Shown: positions 5,637-16,118 of the stretch, in pieces
Numbering within the stretch: the first letter of the stretch is position 1
Layout: each line of letters starts with the position of its first letter
Notes under the pieces: generated by a model
The model's database searches: none
Seen by the model: only the letters and a program-made list of their open reading frames with translations
Told to the model about the DNA's origin: nothing
Source: a virus
Lineage: Duplodnaviria; Caudoviricetes
DNA: 30,932 nt
Reading direction: 5' to 3' (one strand)
IMG/VR virus record: IMGVR_UViG_3300017903_001358
Coordinates: 1 to 30,932 of that record
Made by a program: the position numbers and the translations under genes

Positions 5637-8594
5637 TTAATACTTAATACAAGCTAACAGAGCCATGTTTTGTGGCCGGGCTTCGGTGCCACCGTCGTCA
5701 GTAATAGTCGTTGAGGTGCTGATTGTCAGATTGCCACTGTTGTTAACGGTAATAGGGTGCTGGTGCCCGTTGTGAGAGCTAGTGCCGTAAGTAGTATCAT
5801 TGTCAAAATCGTTTCGGGTTTCAAGCAGGTTGGCTGAGGATCCCTGCTCGGGATCGGGGCTGACGCCTCTAAGGACAGTGTGGCTGTGTGCGCCACCGGT
5901 TCCTACGCTTGCAGGGTGGTTGTGGTTGCCTCCTGTTGTAGTTGAAGTTGCTGTGTGACTGTGAGATTTGTTTTGGCTTGATTGTGTTGTGCCAACCGCA
6001 AGGGTACTACTAGAGCCTCGAATAAATTCGTCTCTTAGATCAGGTATGTTAAAAGTAGTTGAACCATTACCGGCACCATAAGTAGTACCGATTGCTGCAA
6101 ACAAATCCGCATAAGTTGTACGACTGATAGCAGCGCCGTCAGCAGCTAAATACCCAGTAGGTGCTGTTGTCCTAGCACTTAAAATAACGGTTCCAGCAGG
6201 AGTAGTATAATTATCTACATACGCTTTAGTAGCTGCATCTTGATCGGAAGTAGGGTCAGTAACATTAGTAATACGGCTAGTGCTTACATTAACAGTACCA
6301 GTCCCATCGGGATTAAGAATAATGTCGTCTTCGCCGGTACTAATAATCTCTCTATCATTAACATCCAAATTACCACCAAGTTGTGGTGTTGTATCATCTA
6401 CAAGATCGGATGAAATTCCATTAATTTCTGCATCAACGTAAGCTTTAGAAGCAGCTTCGGTACTAACCGTAGGTGTTGCAGGGAGACCAGTAATAGTATT
6501 ACCGTTGACATCTAGGTCACCACCAAGTTGTGGCGTCAGGTCAGACAAAAGGTTGAACGCAATAGAACCTTCAGGAATGGTTACAAAACCACGTTGCTGA
6601 TCCACTTCAAAGAACGGGTCATCTGTTTGGTTACCACCAACTTTGAACTTACCGTTGTGGTCGGTAACTGCAGTCCAAACTTTACCGTTGTTAAGTTCAG
6701 TAATCTGTGCGGTCTCATCTGGTACACCTCCGTTTTCAGGTAATGCACGATAATCAGTACCACTACCAACGTATTCCATGGTGTGACCGCTAGATGCGAT
6801 CATAGAGCGGAGGTAGAAGGACACGGCAGCATCATCAGAGATAGCGCCGTTAAGACCAAGGTTAGTGCTGCGGTTGTTAGGATCAGGACGACTAATCGTC
6901 ACAGTCCAACCACTGCCACCCTCACTATCGGTGTTTGCAGTGGCAGACAGAATAGGATAAATGACACTGTTTACTTCGACCAGCATGTTATTTGCAGGTC
7001 GTTGGGTATCACCAAACCAGCCAGTACCAGCAGTAGGTTCATTAATATTAAAGGAAACATCTCCACTGCTAGCAGCACCATCTACGTTAGACGTAAAAAT
7101 AGCAGTAGTAGATTTACCGTCTGCAACCAAAGCTTTTTCACCAAAATCAGTAGTAGATGCAGCTAGGTTAGCCTGACCACCGTTCAAACATTTGATGTGA
7201 TATTTGTTAAAAAACGCATAGCTAGAGGTACACTGTGCATAACCGTTGTTAGTGACAAGAATACCAGGACCATTAAGACCAACGTGAGTATAACTGTCAC
7301 AAACCATAGACCGCAAAGGACTCGTAGTTGCAGGCACAGAGCCATCAATCAGCAGACCACCACCAGTAGGAGCAGAATCAGTATCACCAGCCAAACCACC
7401 AGCAGGGGTGATTACATTAATGTTACTGTTGTCAATCTCAGAGTCTGAAAAGTTAGTACAGTTCTGAATATACGGAGACTTGGTGATCGTGCAGTTAGGA
7501 TAGAACGCTACGTTCCAACCTTGTGTAGTAGGTAGGGTAGAATCAAGGGTGTTGCCTGTTCCAGTACCAGCCTTTACACCAGTAAAGGTAAGGTTCTGCA
7601 AGAATGTACCGCTGTTAACACGGAACATCACATTTGTTTCAGTTGCTACTGTAGGATGAATGATGCAACTACGAAGTGCAGTACCAACAATAGAAACATT
7701 AGCCTTTTCAATGTCAATAGGACATGCTTCTTGATATGTACCAGGTGCAACTACAACGACACTACCATCACCAAACGTAGCATCGTTGTTAATCTGCTGA
7801 ACAGCAGCTTTAATTGTTAGCTTAGGGCGGCTAATACGGTGACCATCGTTACTATCATCACCAGAACTAGCGTCTACATAAACAACTTTAGGTTGGTTAG
7901 TAAACGTACCACCAGACACAACACCAGTCCATGCAGAACCATTCCAAATAGAAAGGGTTAGATCATCATCGTTTTGCAGCCAAGTTTTGCCAGTCGGATA
8001 AGTACCAGTTGGTGTTGTAGTCTGTACAAGAGTAGAATAATCAATATCAAATTGTTGCTCTTGTGCAGCAATAGTAGCAATACTTCTGTCCTTGACACTC
8101 GCATTAGTAGGCCAAGTTTCGCCTACATAGTAAGTGCTGTCAAACTTTGACCAGTAATAATCTCTTAGATATTGATCTAATGTTTCAGTTGGCGCTTCAC
8201 CGCAATTAAGCTCCTGAACAGCATACAAAAATTGCTCAAAGTTTTTATTAAGATCATTAGACCGGATAGCAGAGCCCGGATTAAACAACGCACGGATGTC
8301 GTCCACTTTTGTGATACGACGGATCTTAACGTTGTCAACTGTACCTTCACCAGGAAATGAAGGGGCAGCAGGGGCTGGCGGTGCAGTCCCTGTAAATTCT
8401 ACCGTAGTTGGGTTAGCTTCAGGAATTTGCCAAGGGTAGGTGGCATCCGTCGTGAGCTTTTCTTCCCATTCTTTAGTTGTTGCGTTCCAAAAATAAACGT
8501 GAATTTCAGATTCTAAAATATACGGAAAGTTAAACGAAAAAGTTAGTTTACTTCCGTCTCCAGCTTTAATTGTTTCTACGTTAGCGCACGACAT
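5637..8594 (-). CDS. Tail fibre (T7 gp17-type N-terminal adaptor, beta-helix body, collar, His-x-His tip)
   Basis: GDGS..FSFNFPY...IRRIT...F..GS.IRS.DLN.NF.Q.LY..QE adaptor; VYVD..GDDSNDG...TIKAA...APGTYQE beta-helix entry; TPQLGG.LDVN x2; collar PAGTVI...PTGYL.ADGA.ISRTTYADLFAAIGTTYG.G.GSTTFN.PDLR. Confidence 0.92.
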   Translation of the reverse strand: MSCANVETIKAGDGSKLTFSFNFPYILESEIHVYFWNATTKEWEEKLTTDATYPWQIPEANPTTVEFTGTAPPAPAAPSFPGEGTVDNVKIRRITKVDDIRALFNPGSAIRSNDLNKNFEQFLYAVQELNCGEAPTETLDQYLRDYYWSKFDSTYYVGETWPTNASVKDRSIATIAAQEQQFDIDYSTLVQTTTPTGTYPTGKTWLQNDDDLTLSIWNGSAWTGVVSGGTFTNQPKVVYVDASSGDDSNDGHRISRPKLTIKAAVQQINNDATFGDGSVVVVAPGTYQEACPIDIEKANVSIVGTALRSCIIHPTVATETNVMFRVNSGTFLQNLTFTGVKAGTGTGNTLDSTLPTTQGWNVAFYPNCTITKSPYIQNCTNFSDSEIDNSNINVITPAGGLAGDTDSAPTGGGLLIDGSVPATTSPLRSMVCDSYTHVGLNGPGILVTNNGYAQCTSSYAFFNKYHIKCLNGGQANLAASTTDFGEKALVADGKSTTAIFTSNVDGAASSGDVSFNINEPTAGTGWFGDTQRPANNMLVEVNSVIYPILSATANTDSEGGSGWTVTISRPDPNNRSTNLGLNGAISDDAAVSFYLRSMIASSGHTMEYVGSGTDYRALPENGGVPDETAQITELNNGKVWTAVTDHNGKFKVGGNQTDDPFFEVDQQRGFVTIPEGSIAFNLLSDLTPQLGGDLDVNGNTITGLPATPTVSTEAASKAYVDAEINGISSDLVDDTTPQLGGNLDVNDREIISTGEDDIILNPDGTGTVNVSTSRITNVTDPTSDQDAATKAYVDNYTTPAGTVILSARTTAPTGYLAADGAAISRTTYADLFAAIGTTYGAGNGSTTFNIPDLRDEFIRGSSSTLAVGTTQSSQNKSHSHTATSTTTGGNHNHPASVGTGGAHSHTVLRGVSPDPEQGSSANLLETRNDFDNDTTYGTSSHNGHQHPITVNNSGNLTISTSTTITDDGGTEARPQNMALLACIKY
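5656..5995 (-). repeat. Fibre-tip cassette, copy 1 (direct repeat of 24766-25105)
   Basis: Ungapped alignment at offset 19,110; 266/340 identical by manual count; 5656-5739 81/84; 5970-5995 26/26. Confidence 0.95.
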
Positions 8595-8608
8595 AATTGT
8601 TAATAATT

Positions 8609-11600
8609 TTAATAGCGTGTATCAAGAACGGATGGATCAAAAACTTCACCTGCTGTAGAAAATTCTTCTTGCAAATCTTTTTCAACTTGTCTCAGTTCAA
8701 TGGCTGCATACATATCTGCATCCATTTCAGCATAAGCGAACTCTTCTGCAGCACGTCTAGCTTCAGACAACCTTGCATGAATATCATGCCATTTTTTAAG
8801 TGACACTTCATCGGATTTATAGCCTTGGTTACGTAGTTCACGTAACTGTTCAATACTTTTCCAATCCCCAGCGTCACGCATAATTTCTGCAATTGCATCT
8901 TTAAAAAAGCCACGTTGACCCATCAAACGGAATAATTCAGACCGTTCTTTAGTAAGCAAACGTACTCCATCTTTTGACCTAAACGTAGTGTTTACATCAA
9001 ACTCCATATCTTGTAGAAACTTTTCTTCAGGAGATTGTTCAGCATGGACCTGAATTGGACTATAGGCATTCCAAAGTCGTTGGAACATTCCGTAACCATT
9101 AACCTTCTCACCAGTAACAGGACTGTAAATATACGGTTGACGGTTGCTATCAAATATTGCACCGACAAACCTGTTACGGTTGTTAAGTTGAGACATAAAG
9201 TCAGACTCAACTTCCTGCAATCCTTCAGAAAGAATACGTGAAAAATCACCACGTAATGCAGACAAAGGTCCAAGGCTGTTTACAAAACCAGCAGTCCATC
9301 TATTAATTGCAGCACCATTACCGCTTGTAATATCCATCAAAGGTTTGATAGAAGATAGCGTGGTACGATTAGTAATAGCTGCACTTAAGATGAAAGACAT
9401 CTTTTCACTAAGCTGTTCCATCTTAGCGGAACCAATAGTATCAAAGTTATCACCGATGTTTGCAGCAAGTGCTAGCCAATCAGCAAGGGGACCAAGTTGA
9501 TCATAAGAGTAGAACTTACCATCCAATCCTTTAATGCTGCGTGGCTTCCAATTAGAATTCTTAACACGAGACATTTGAGTCTCTTTATCAAAGAATCCAT
9601 CACCAGTAATGCGATCATTTAGCAAAAGGTTATAAGTGCCAAGCATAGCAAGGGCACCAATTGCCTTACGACCACGTGTCATGTATTTAAGATCAGCAAG
9701 TTTATTCTGCTTAGCAATAACATCCATATTTTCTATGTCAATGTTACGTGATTTAAGCAGTTGATTTACACGATCTTCATCTGCTAGTAAATTAGCAAGA
9801 GGTACATAAGCAAGTTCATTAACATCACGTTGGAACGGCACCCATGGTCCATACTTACCCATAATATCAATAGCATTGATAGTAGTATTTTGGAACATCA
9901 TGAATGGTTTAATACCAGGCAATAATCTAGTAAGATCATTAATGCCTTGCGCCATTGGTGTGTCGATGTTAAGTGCCATTTCATCTGTAGCATACTTAAC
10001 AGCTTTATCGTTTAGCAAACCATCTTCGCTAAACATTTCCTTGTAGTATTTATTAGCAACAGGTTGAACATTTTCTTTTGTAATGGGCTTACCAGATGAA
10101 ATAAGCTCATCCATTGCACGAAAACGTGCTTCAGCAGATGCATTAAATACACCAGTAAAACCGTCCATTGCAGTCATGGCATTAGGACCAAAACGCAATA
10201 CAGGGTCTTTTGCAAGATCATTGAGAAGTTCAATTTGGTTTACAACATACTGCAAACCAGGATTACCTTCTGCAGCTTGACGACGTGCAGACATCTTAAG
10301 AAAGTCTAACTCACGTTCAGATTGCAGTAGCAAGTCAATACGTGTACCAGCACGTACACTTTCTGGCTCACGTGAAGCACGTAAGAACACATCACCAGCA
10401 TAAGGCAATGCACGTTGGAGTGTTTCACCCAAAGAACTATAAGCTACCCAACCACGTTGAATTGCTTTTAGATCCATAGACATCAAAGCACCAGCAAAGT
10501 GTGCAGTAGGTTGAGCAATAATACCACCCATGTTACCCACAAGTGCTTTAACACTAGAACCAAGTCCAAGGATACTATTATAAATATTGGACCAAACACC
10601 TGCAACAATTTTATTCTGTACTTCAGGGTTTAGATTGACAATAGCCTTACCTAAATCTAATGTCTGTTCATCAATCCACTTATTCATTTTAACAATGGTA
10701 TCAATATTACCATCGGTAAGTTCATAAGCAAATAGAAACTCATCCATCAGTTGTGGCTGATTGGTTGCAATTTGACGCATAGTAGACGCAAACCGCTGAG
10801 AGTCTTTAAAAATACGTTGAGCGGTTTCACCAGCTCCCACTACAGTTGCTTCATTATATGCCGCGATGTTTTTAAATCCACTCTTTACCTGTTGGATTAG
10901 ACCCATCTTGCGATTCTTGTAGTATTTAGCAGAAGCAGATAGTTGATTGATATATTGCATCATATCAACAATCTTATCCTGTGCTTCACGTACTGCGCTA
11001 GTACCAGACATCAGACGTGCACCCTCAGAAAGGTCTGAGATGCGTCCAGAAAGGCTTCCAGCAAGCAAAGACTGTGCTCTTGCTACATCCATACTAGACA
11101 GCTCTGAACCGAAGCCACGGAGCATTCTAGCGGCCATTGAGAAGCCGCCTTCAGCTAGACGTTCGGTGCCATCTGCTTCACGGAAAATATAAGGTTCAAG
11201 CACTTGTCGTACATCTGCTTTTGTCATACGGGGATCGAACAATTGAATTGCAAGATCTTCGTTAGCATCGAGTACATCATCAAAGGTAACTTTCCAACCA
11301 TTACCTTCCATGCCAATACGACCAGCTTGCTTAAGTTGATCAGCAAGACCAAGTACAACATCTTGAGCAGCATCCCCATTAGTAAGAGCGTACTTCATAG
11401 CAGGCTCAGACAGCATGTTACCAATACGACCGTATACTGTATCAAGATTACGTGCAATACGTGCATTATCAATAGCAGCACCCACAACACCAAAATCATC
11501 CACAGTACGTACACCAACTTCGGTGTAATCGTACATATCATGAATACCTTTGATAGGCTGATCAAGGTTAGGATTTTGCATGTAACCATACATACCTACC

Positions 11601-12601
11601 TCATCCAACGCTTCCTCTTGCTTAAGAGCAGATCTAGTAATAGCATCTTCAGGATCTACAGCCTTTTCAGCAGGTTTGTTTTCTTTCAACCAAGCACGTG
11701 ATTCAGGTGTCTCACCTACTAATTGGTTTGATTTACGTAAGGCACCTTTAGCATCAAAAAGGGCATTTACAAAACGTACTGAACCAATAGAAAGGTCTGT
11801 TACAAAACCCATACCAAGGTCTTCATAGATATTCTTCTGACGTTTGGTATCTGCATCATCTTCATCCAAGGTAGCCATGCTATCTGGAATAAAGTCGAAT
11901 GTTTTAGGGAATGACTTTTTTAGAGTACCAGCCAAATTATCTTCAGTGTATTCACTACTAACAGCACCAACAACAGCACCAGAAGCAGCTTCAATACCAC
12001 GTTCGCCCATCCATTGTACAAATTTGTTTTGTCCAACAGACCATCCTACTCGTGTATTAGCAGCAGTACCAAGAGCCTTACCAGCTCCCTGCAACATAAG
12101 AGTAGGTGCAACAACAGCAGAAATCTGCCTTACTGCTTGAGAAACTTCATCTTCAAAATCAGTAGGTTTACGAATGTTGACACCAGGAATATTATTGAGT
12201 AAGTCAATGCCGAAATCAAAAATACCCTGACCAATTGCACTGGTGCGTTCACGGACTTGCTGTGTAAATTCAGCTGGATCTTGTCCAAGGATAGTCCCTT
12301 GATCTTCACCGTATTTAGCCCGTGCTTCACGTTTTACAAAAGGATTACCATTGACATATTCAATGTCAGCCTTATCATAGACCTTTCCACCTAGTTCAAT
12401 AGTTTCACCAGGTTCTACTTCTTCCGTAGAAGGAGCTTCGGGTTGAGGCAGTTCAGGTTGTTCTCCCGTAGGAGCTGGATCTTCCAGTAAAGCAGCGGCT
12501 TCTTCAGCCTCCTGTTGGAGCTGCAACTGACTGTTAAAATCAGAAGACAGCTCCAGTTCACCAGGATCCTCCCTAAACCTCTCGTTAGGATCGTATTCCA
12601 T
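8609..12601 (-). CDS. Internal virion (ejection) protein, T7 gp16-like
   Basis: 1330 aa, helical composition, syntenic position immediately before the tail fibre. Confidence 0.8.
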   Translation of the reverse strand: MEYDPNERFREDPGELELSSDFNSQLQLQQEAEEAAALLEDPAPTGEQPELPQPEAPSTEEVEPGETIELGGKVYDKADIEYVNGNPFVKREARAKYGEDQGTILGQDPAEFTQQVRERTSAIGQGIFDFGIDLLNNIPGVNIRKPTDFEDEVSQAVRQISAVVAPTLMLQGAGKALGTAANTRVGWSVGQNKFVQWMGERGIEAASGAVVGAVSSEYTEDNLAGTLKKSFPKTFDFIPDSMATLDEDDADTKRQKNIYEDLGMGFVTDLSIGSVRFVNALFDAKGALRKSNQLVGETPESRAWLKENKPAEKAVDPEDAITRSALKQEEALDEVGMYGYMQNPNLDQPIKGIHDMYDYTEVGVRTVDDFGVVGAAIDNARIARNLDTVYGRIGNMLSEPAMKYALTNGDAAQDVVLGLADQLKQAGRIGMEGNGWKVTFDDVLDANEDLAIQLFDPRMTKADVRQVLEPYIFREADGTERLAEGGFSMAARMLRGFGSELSSMDVARAQSLLAGSLSGRISDLSEGARLMSGTSAVREAQDKIVDMMQYINQLSASAKYYKNRKMGLIQQVKSGFKNIAAYNEATVVGAGETAQRIFKDSQRFASTMRQIATNQPQLMDEFLFAYELTDGNIDTIVKMNKWIDEQTLDLGKAIVNLNPEVQNKIVAGVWSNIYNSILGLGSSVKALVGNMGGIIAQPTAHFAGALMSMDLKAIQRGWVAYSSLGETLQRALPYAGDVFLRASREPESVRAGTRIDLLLQSERELDFLKMSARRQAAEGNPGLQYVVNQIELLNDLAKDPVLRFGPNAMTAMDGFTGVFNASAEARFRAMDELISSGKPITKENVQPVANKYYKEMFSEDGLLNDKAVKYATDEMALNIDTPMAQGINDLTRLLPGIKPFMMFQNTTINAIDIMGKYGPWVPFQRDVNELAYVPLANLLADEDRVNQLLKSRNIDIENMDVIAKQNKLADLKYMTRGRKAIGALAMLGTYNLLLNDRITGDGFFDKETQMSRVKNSNWKPRSIKGLDGKFYSYDQLGPLADWLALAANIGDNFDTIGSAKMEQLSEKMSFILSAAITNRTTLSSIKPLMDITSGNGAAINRWTAGFVNSLGPLSALRGDFSRILSEGLQEVESDFMSQLNNRNRFVGAIFDSNRQPYIYSPVTGEKVNGYGMFQRLWNAYSPIQVHAEQSPEEKFLQDMEFDVNTTFRSKDGVRLLTKERSELFRLMGQRGFFKDAIAEIMRDAGDWKSIEQLRELRNQGYKSDEVSLKKWHDIHARLSEARRAAEEFAYAEMDADMYAAIELRQVEKDLQEEFSTAGEVFDPSVLDTRY

Positions 12602-12618
12602 AGTTTAATTAATTTAAT

Positions 12619-15270
12619 TTACTGACCGGCGTAATGATAAAAATTTCCACGTGGATCAAACATTGGATCTTCCGCTGCTACTCTATTTTTTAGCATGGTT
12701 TGACCTTTAAAATCAGTCCTACCATCTAACCTTAAAAAGAATTCACGGATCTTTGCTTGACCTTCAGGTGATCTCAGTTTAGCAGCTAAATCAGGTTCAT
12801 AACGTGCTGTACCGATTGTTACTGCTTCATATTGTTGAGGTGCTCGGATGATTTCTCCAATAGTACCACCGTAGTTACCAGAAACAAGTCTAGTTAAAAC
12901 AGAAGCGGCGACACCAAACTCATCATCAGTACCTCTTGCTGCTTCACCACTCACAACATATCCTAATTCATCCCAATCAGAGGGAGTAAGTTGGCTTAAA
13001 ATATTTTCAATAGTATTAGCGTTAAACTGTTGACGAAATCTAGAGCCAACTCTCATGCTAGTTGCCTTTGCAAAACGTCTTACACCATCAGTCCTTTCAG
13101 CACCTTGAGAAAGTGCACGCATTTTTTGATTAGGACCGTTAATGTTGCTGTAAATTTGCTGACGCAATTCAGGTGATAATTCAGCATTAATATCCCTTGT
13201 AAGTTGAGGTGGTTCAAGTTCAATTAAGTTAGAAGCACGCAACTGTCGATTGATAATTGTAAATGGGTCAGTACCATTACCTAAAGTTGCAGCTGCAGTA
13301 ACATCAGCTGGAATTGTAAAACCAGGTTTACCATAATTTTGTAGAATGGCAACACCTTCTTCTTTAGTAAGAATGCTTCCTTCTTCATCTAAAACAGCTT
13401 CCAACCCTTTGTCAGCAATCTTTTTAGTTAACGCCGGAAAGTCACGTGCTACTTTAGCTGCAGCAGTAAGGTTACCTACATTTAAATTTGGAAAGTCAGC
13501 AGCACCACCTGCTTTAGATGGTTTACGATACCATTTACTTTCAGGATTTCTAGCTCCATTAGTTACTTCATTAGCCAGTTGTTGAGCAATTGTATTAGCA
13601 GCACTATTGAAATCAGCACCACCTGCTACAGCAATATCAACCCTACGGCGATAATCAGCACGCATCTGCTGTTGCAAAAAGACACTAGAAGGTGTGTTCG
13701 GTTTTTGGTTACCAAAAGAAGTTACACCATTCGCAACAGTTTTAAATGAATCAGATTGAGATTTAAAAATACCTCCATTGTATTTAGCTTCTTGTGCTTG
13801 AAAACGTTTATCTAATTCACGTGCTGCAGTTGAATCTAGTGAATTCATAAGATCAACATCTTCCTGTATAATAAAGCCATCAGGTATGTTGCTTAGACGT
13901 TCAATCTGCTCTGCTTTGAATTTAGCTTCAACTGTAAAGCTCTTTAAATCTTTGTCCAGGCCACCAGGTTCTCTACCGAAAGTTTCTAGGAACACTCTCC
14001 TACTTTCTAAAACATAAGCTTCAGTAGGATTTTCCGCGAAACCTTTTCTATAATTCTGTTCGGCTTCTTTAAATGCAAGGTTGTCGGTGTTAATTTGTGT
14101 CTGCCTGTATTTATTATCAAGGTTTGCCCTTTCACGTACAATGTCACCGTACCGACCTGGACGTGCCTCTGCATAAGGTTTTTTATCACCGGGAAGTTGC
14201 ATATTTGCTAACTTCTCTAATGGTATAATAAATGAACCATCAGCACGTTGTGCAAGAGCACGTTGTTTCAACCATTCGTGAGCCTTAGCATAACTACCAT
14301 AAGCTCTGCTAACTGCTTGAAAACTAGGAATAATGAGAGTAGAAAATTCTGCTGGATTTCCTTCAATAATTTTAGTTTCATTATCAATAGAAATCTGCTT
14401 ATTATATTTTACTTCTTCAGTCCTAATCTTTGCTAGCTTACCTTGATGGATTTTCTGAGCGGTTTCTAAAGCAGTCCGCATAGTTGCAGGTTTAAGAGCA
14501 ATACCAGTTTCTGTTCTGATACGTTCAAGGGTTCCGCCCATTAAATCTGTCATCACCGCTGCAGCTTCACTAGAAGTTAGTTGGCGGCCTGTTTCTTCTG
14601 ATTTCAGAAGTAATTGTTGTTCTACAAGTGAAGGGTATTTATTCTCAAAAAACCATGCTAATTTATACTTCTTAATTTCACGATCAACTCTAGGACTAAA
14701 ATTACGGGCTTTAGATGCAGATACTGGTTCGATAATACCTTCTGCTTCACCTACATCTATAGCCGCCTGACGCTGCTCATCTAACTCATCAACAGCAGAT
14801 TCACCTGCAATAGTTCGGATAAATTCACTTTGATCAGGATTTTCTAAAAACTTTAGTGTCTCCTCTGAAATTTGGTTATCTTCCTTTACCTCTACATAAG
14901 CACCGTAAACTTTACCTGCAGTCTCACTAATGTTAGAGATACTTTTAAAAATTTCAGCAGTAGCGTTTCGATCTGTTGCAATCTGTTGTTGACGTGCTCT
15001 AGCTTCTTGCTGAAGATTACTTAACTCTGTTTGTTGATTTTGTGTTTGAATTTGATAATTCTGTTGTCGGGCAGCTGCTTCAGCCCTTTGATTCTCCTTT
15101 ACCTCACTTAAAATTCTTTCACGGTTTTGAATCTCAGCGTCACGTACATTACGCATACCCTGAACGACACGAGCACTCTCTTCACTCATACGTGCAATGT
15201 TAGCACCGCTGATTTGAACAGGACGAAAACCGGGAGACTGTGCAGCTCTTCTAAATTTTGCTTGTTTCAT
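12619..15270 (-). CDS. Internal virion protein, T7 gp15-like, with C-terminal SleB/Hydrolase_2-like cell-wall hydrolase domain
   Basis: Synteny; Gln/Ala/Arg-rich N-terminus; C-term LGYVVSGEA.RG..DEFGVAASVL.R...YGGTI.EII.AP.QYEAV...GNFYHY. Confidence 0.78.
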   Translation of the reverse strand: MKQAKFRRAAQSPGFRPVQISGANIARMSEESARVVQGMRNVRDAEIQNRERILSEVKENQRAEAAARQQNYQIQTQNQQTELSNLQQEARARQQQIATDRNATAEIFKSISNISETAGKVYGAYVEVKEDNQISEETLKFLENPDQSEFIRTIAGESAVDELDEQRQAAIDVGEAEGIIEPVSASKARNFSPRVDREIKKYKLAWFFENKYPSLVEQQLLLKSEETGRQLTSSEAAAVMTDLMGGTLERIRTETGIALKPATMRTALETAQKIHQGKLAKIRTEEVKYNKQISIDNETKIIEGNPAEFSTLIIPSFQAVSRAYGSYAKAHEWLKQRALAQRADGSFIIPLEKLANMQLPGDKKPYAEARPGRYGDIVRERANLDNKYRQTQINTDNLAFKEAEQNYRKGFAENPTEAYVLESRRVFLETFGREPGGLDKDLKSFTVEAKFKAEQIERLSNIPDGFIIQEDVDLMNSLDSTAARELDKRFQAQEAKYNGGIFKSQSDSFKTVANGVTSFGNQKPNTPSSVFLQQQMRADYRRRVDIAVAGGADFNSAANTIAQQLANEVTNGARNPESKWYRKPSKAGGAADFPNLNVGNLTAAAKVARDFPALTKKIADKGLEAVLDEEGSILTKEEGVAILQNYGKPGFTIPADVTAAATLGNGTDPFTIINRQLRASNLIELEPPQLTRDINAELSPELRQQIYSNINGPNQKMRALSQGAERTDGVRRFAKATSMRVGSRFRQQFNANTIENILSQLTPSDWDELGYVVSGEAARGTDDEFGVAASVLTRLVSGNYGGTIGEIIRAPQQYEAVTIGTARYEPDLAAKLRSPEGQAKIREFFLRLDGRTDFKGQTMLKNRVAAEDPMFDPRGNFYHYAGQ

Positions 15271-15273
15271 AGT

Positions 15274-16116
15274 TTAACCTCCTCCGAAAAGTCCTTTCCA
15301 GTCAACTCTACCTAACGCCGAAGCAGCACCACTAACACCTGAAAATAGAGGTGCATATATGTTCTGCTGTTGTGCCGGTGCCGCCATCCCTGGGAAAACT
15401 TTTGCAGGTTCGATAAAGATTTGTGCAGGTGCTTGCGTCGGCATTGGTATATCAGGCAATGCTTCAGGTTTAATCATCATCTGTGCTTTAGCAGCTAAAT
15501 CAGCGCCATAACGTTGCATAGAAATCTGCTGCATGTTACGATTAGATTGCTCAACAGAACTAGCTAGGCTGGCATCCATGATAGAAGAATCGCGACCAGC
15601 AGCTGCCAATCTAGATTGAATTGCTTTATTTCTGCTGTTACCAGCTTGACCCAAGGCTGCAGTACCTTCCTGCTGCAAACGATCGACAAGCATACCCTGA
15701 CGATTAAAAGCATCTTCAGTCATGAGTTCGTTCAGTGATGCTTGTTCAGCAGCATAAGCATCAATTGCAGCCATACTATTAAAAGCTAGCTGATTCTCTG
15801 TGTTTTTAACTGATTGAGAATAACGCTCGACAACAGCTTTATACTCATAATCTTGGATCTGTTGATTATATCTCCAGTTCCTTAGTTCAGTGTCACGTGC
15901 CCACTTTCTATTTCTAAAATAGTTTTCTTTCTGAACTTCAAAGGCTCTTTTATTATACTCATTAGTATAATCAGCAGCTTTATCTAATGCTTCCTGTTGT
16001 TTTTTCTGTGCCTTTTTAGCTTCTTTATTAGCCTTTGATGCTGAAGAAGAACCAAAAATTCCACTGACAAGAGAAGCACCTGCACCAATACCTGCTAATA
16101 TTGTTTCAATAGCCAT
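15274..16116 (-). CDS. Internal virion protein, T7 gp14-like
   Basis: Gly/Ala-rich hydrophobic termini with Gln/Ala-rich coiled coil; synteny after tail tubular B. Confidence 0.78.
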   Translation of the reverse strand: MAIETILAGIGAGASLVSGIFGSSSASKANKEAKKAQKKQQEALDKAADYTNEYNKRAFEVQKENYFRNRKWARDTELRNWRYNQQIQDYEYKAVVERYSQSVKNTENQLAFNSMAAIDAYAAEQASLNELMTEDAFNRQGMLVDRLQQEGTAALGQAGNSRNKAIQSRLAAAGRDSSIMDASLASSVEQSNRNMQQISMQRYGADLAAKAQMMIKPEALPDIPMPTQAPAQIFIEPAKVFPGMAAPAQQQNIYAPLFSGVSGAASALGRVDWKGLFGGG

Positions 16117-16118
16117 AA

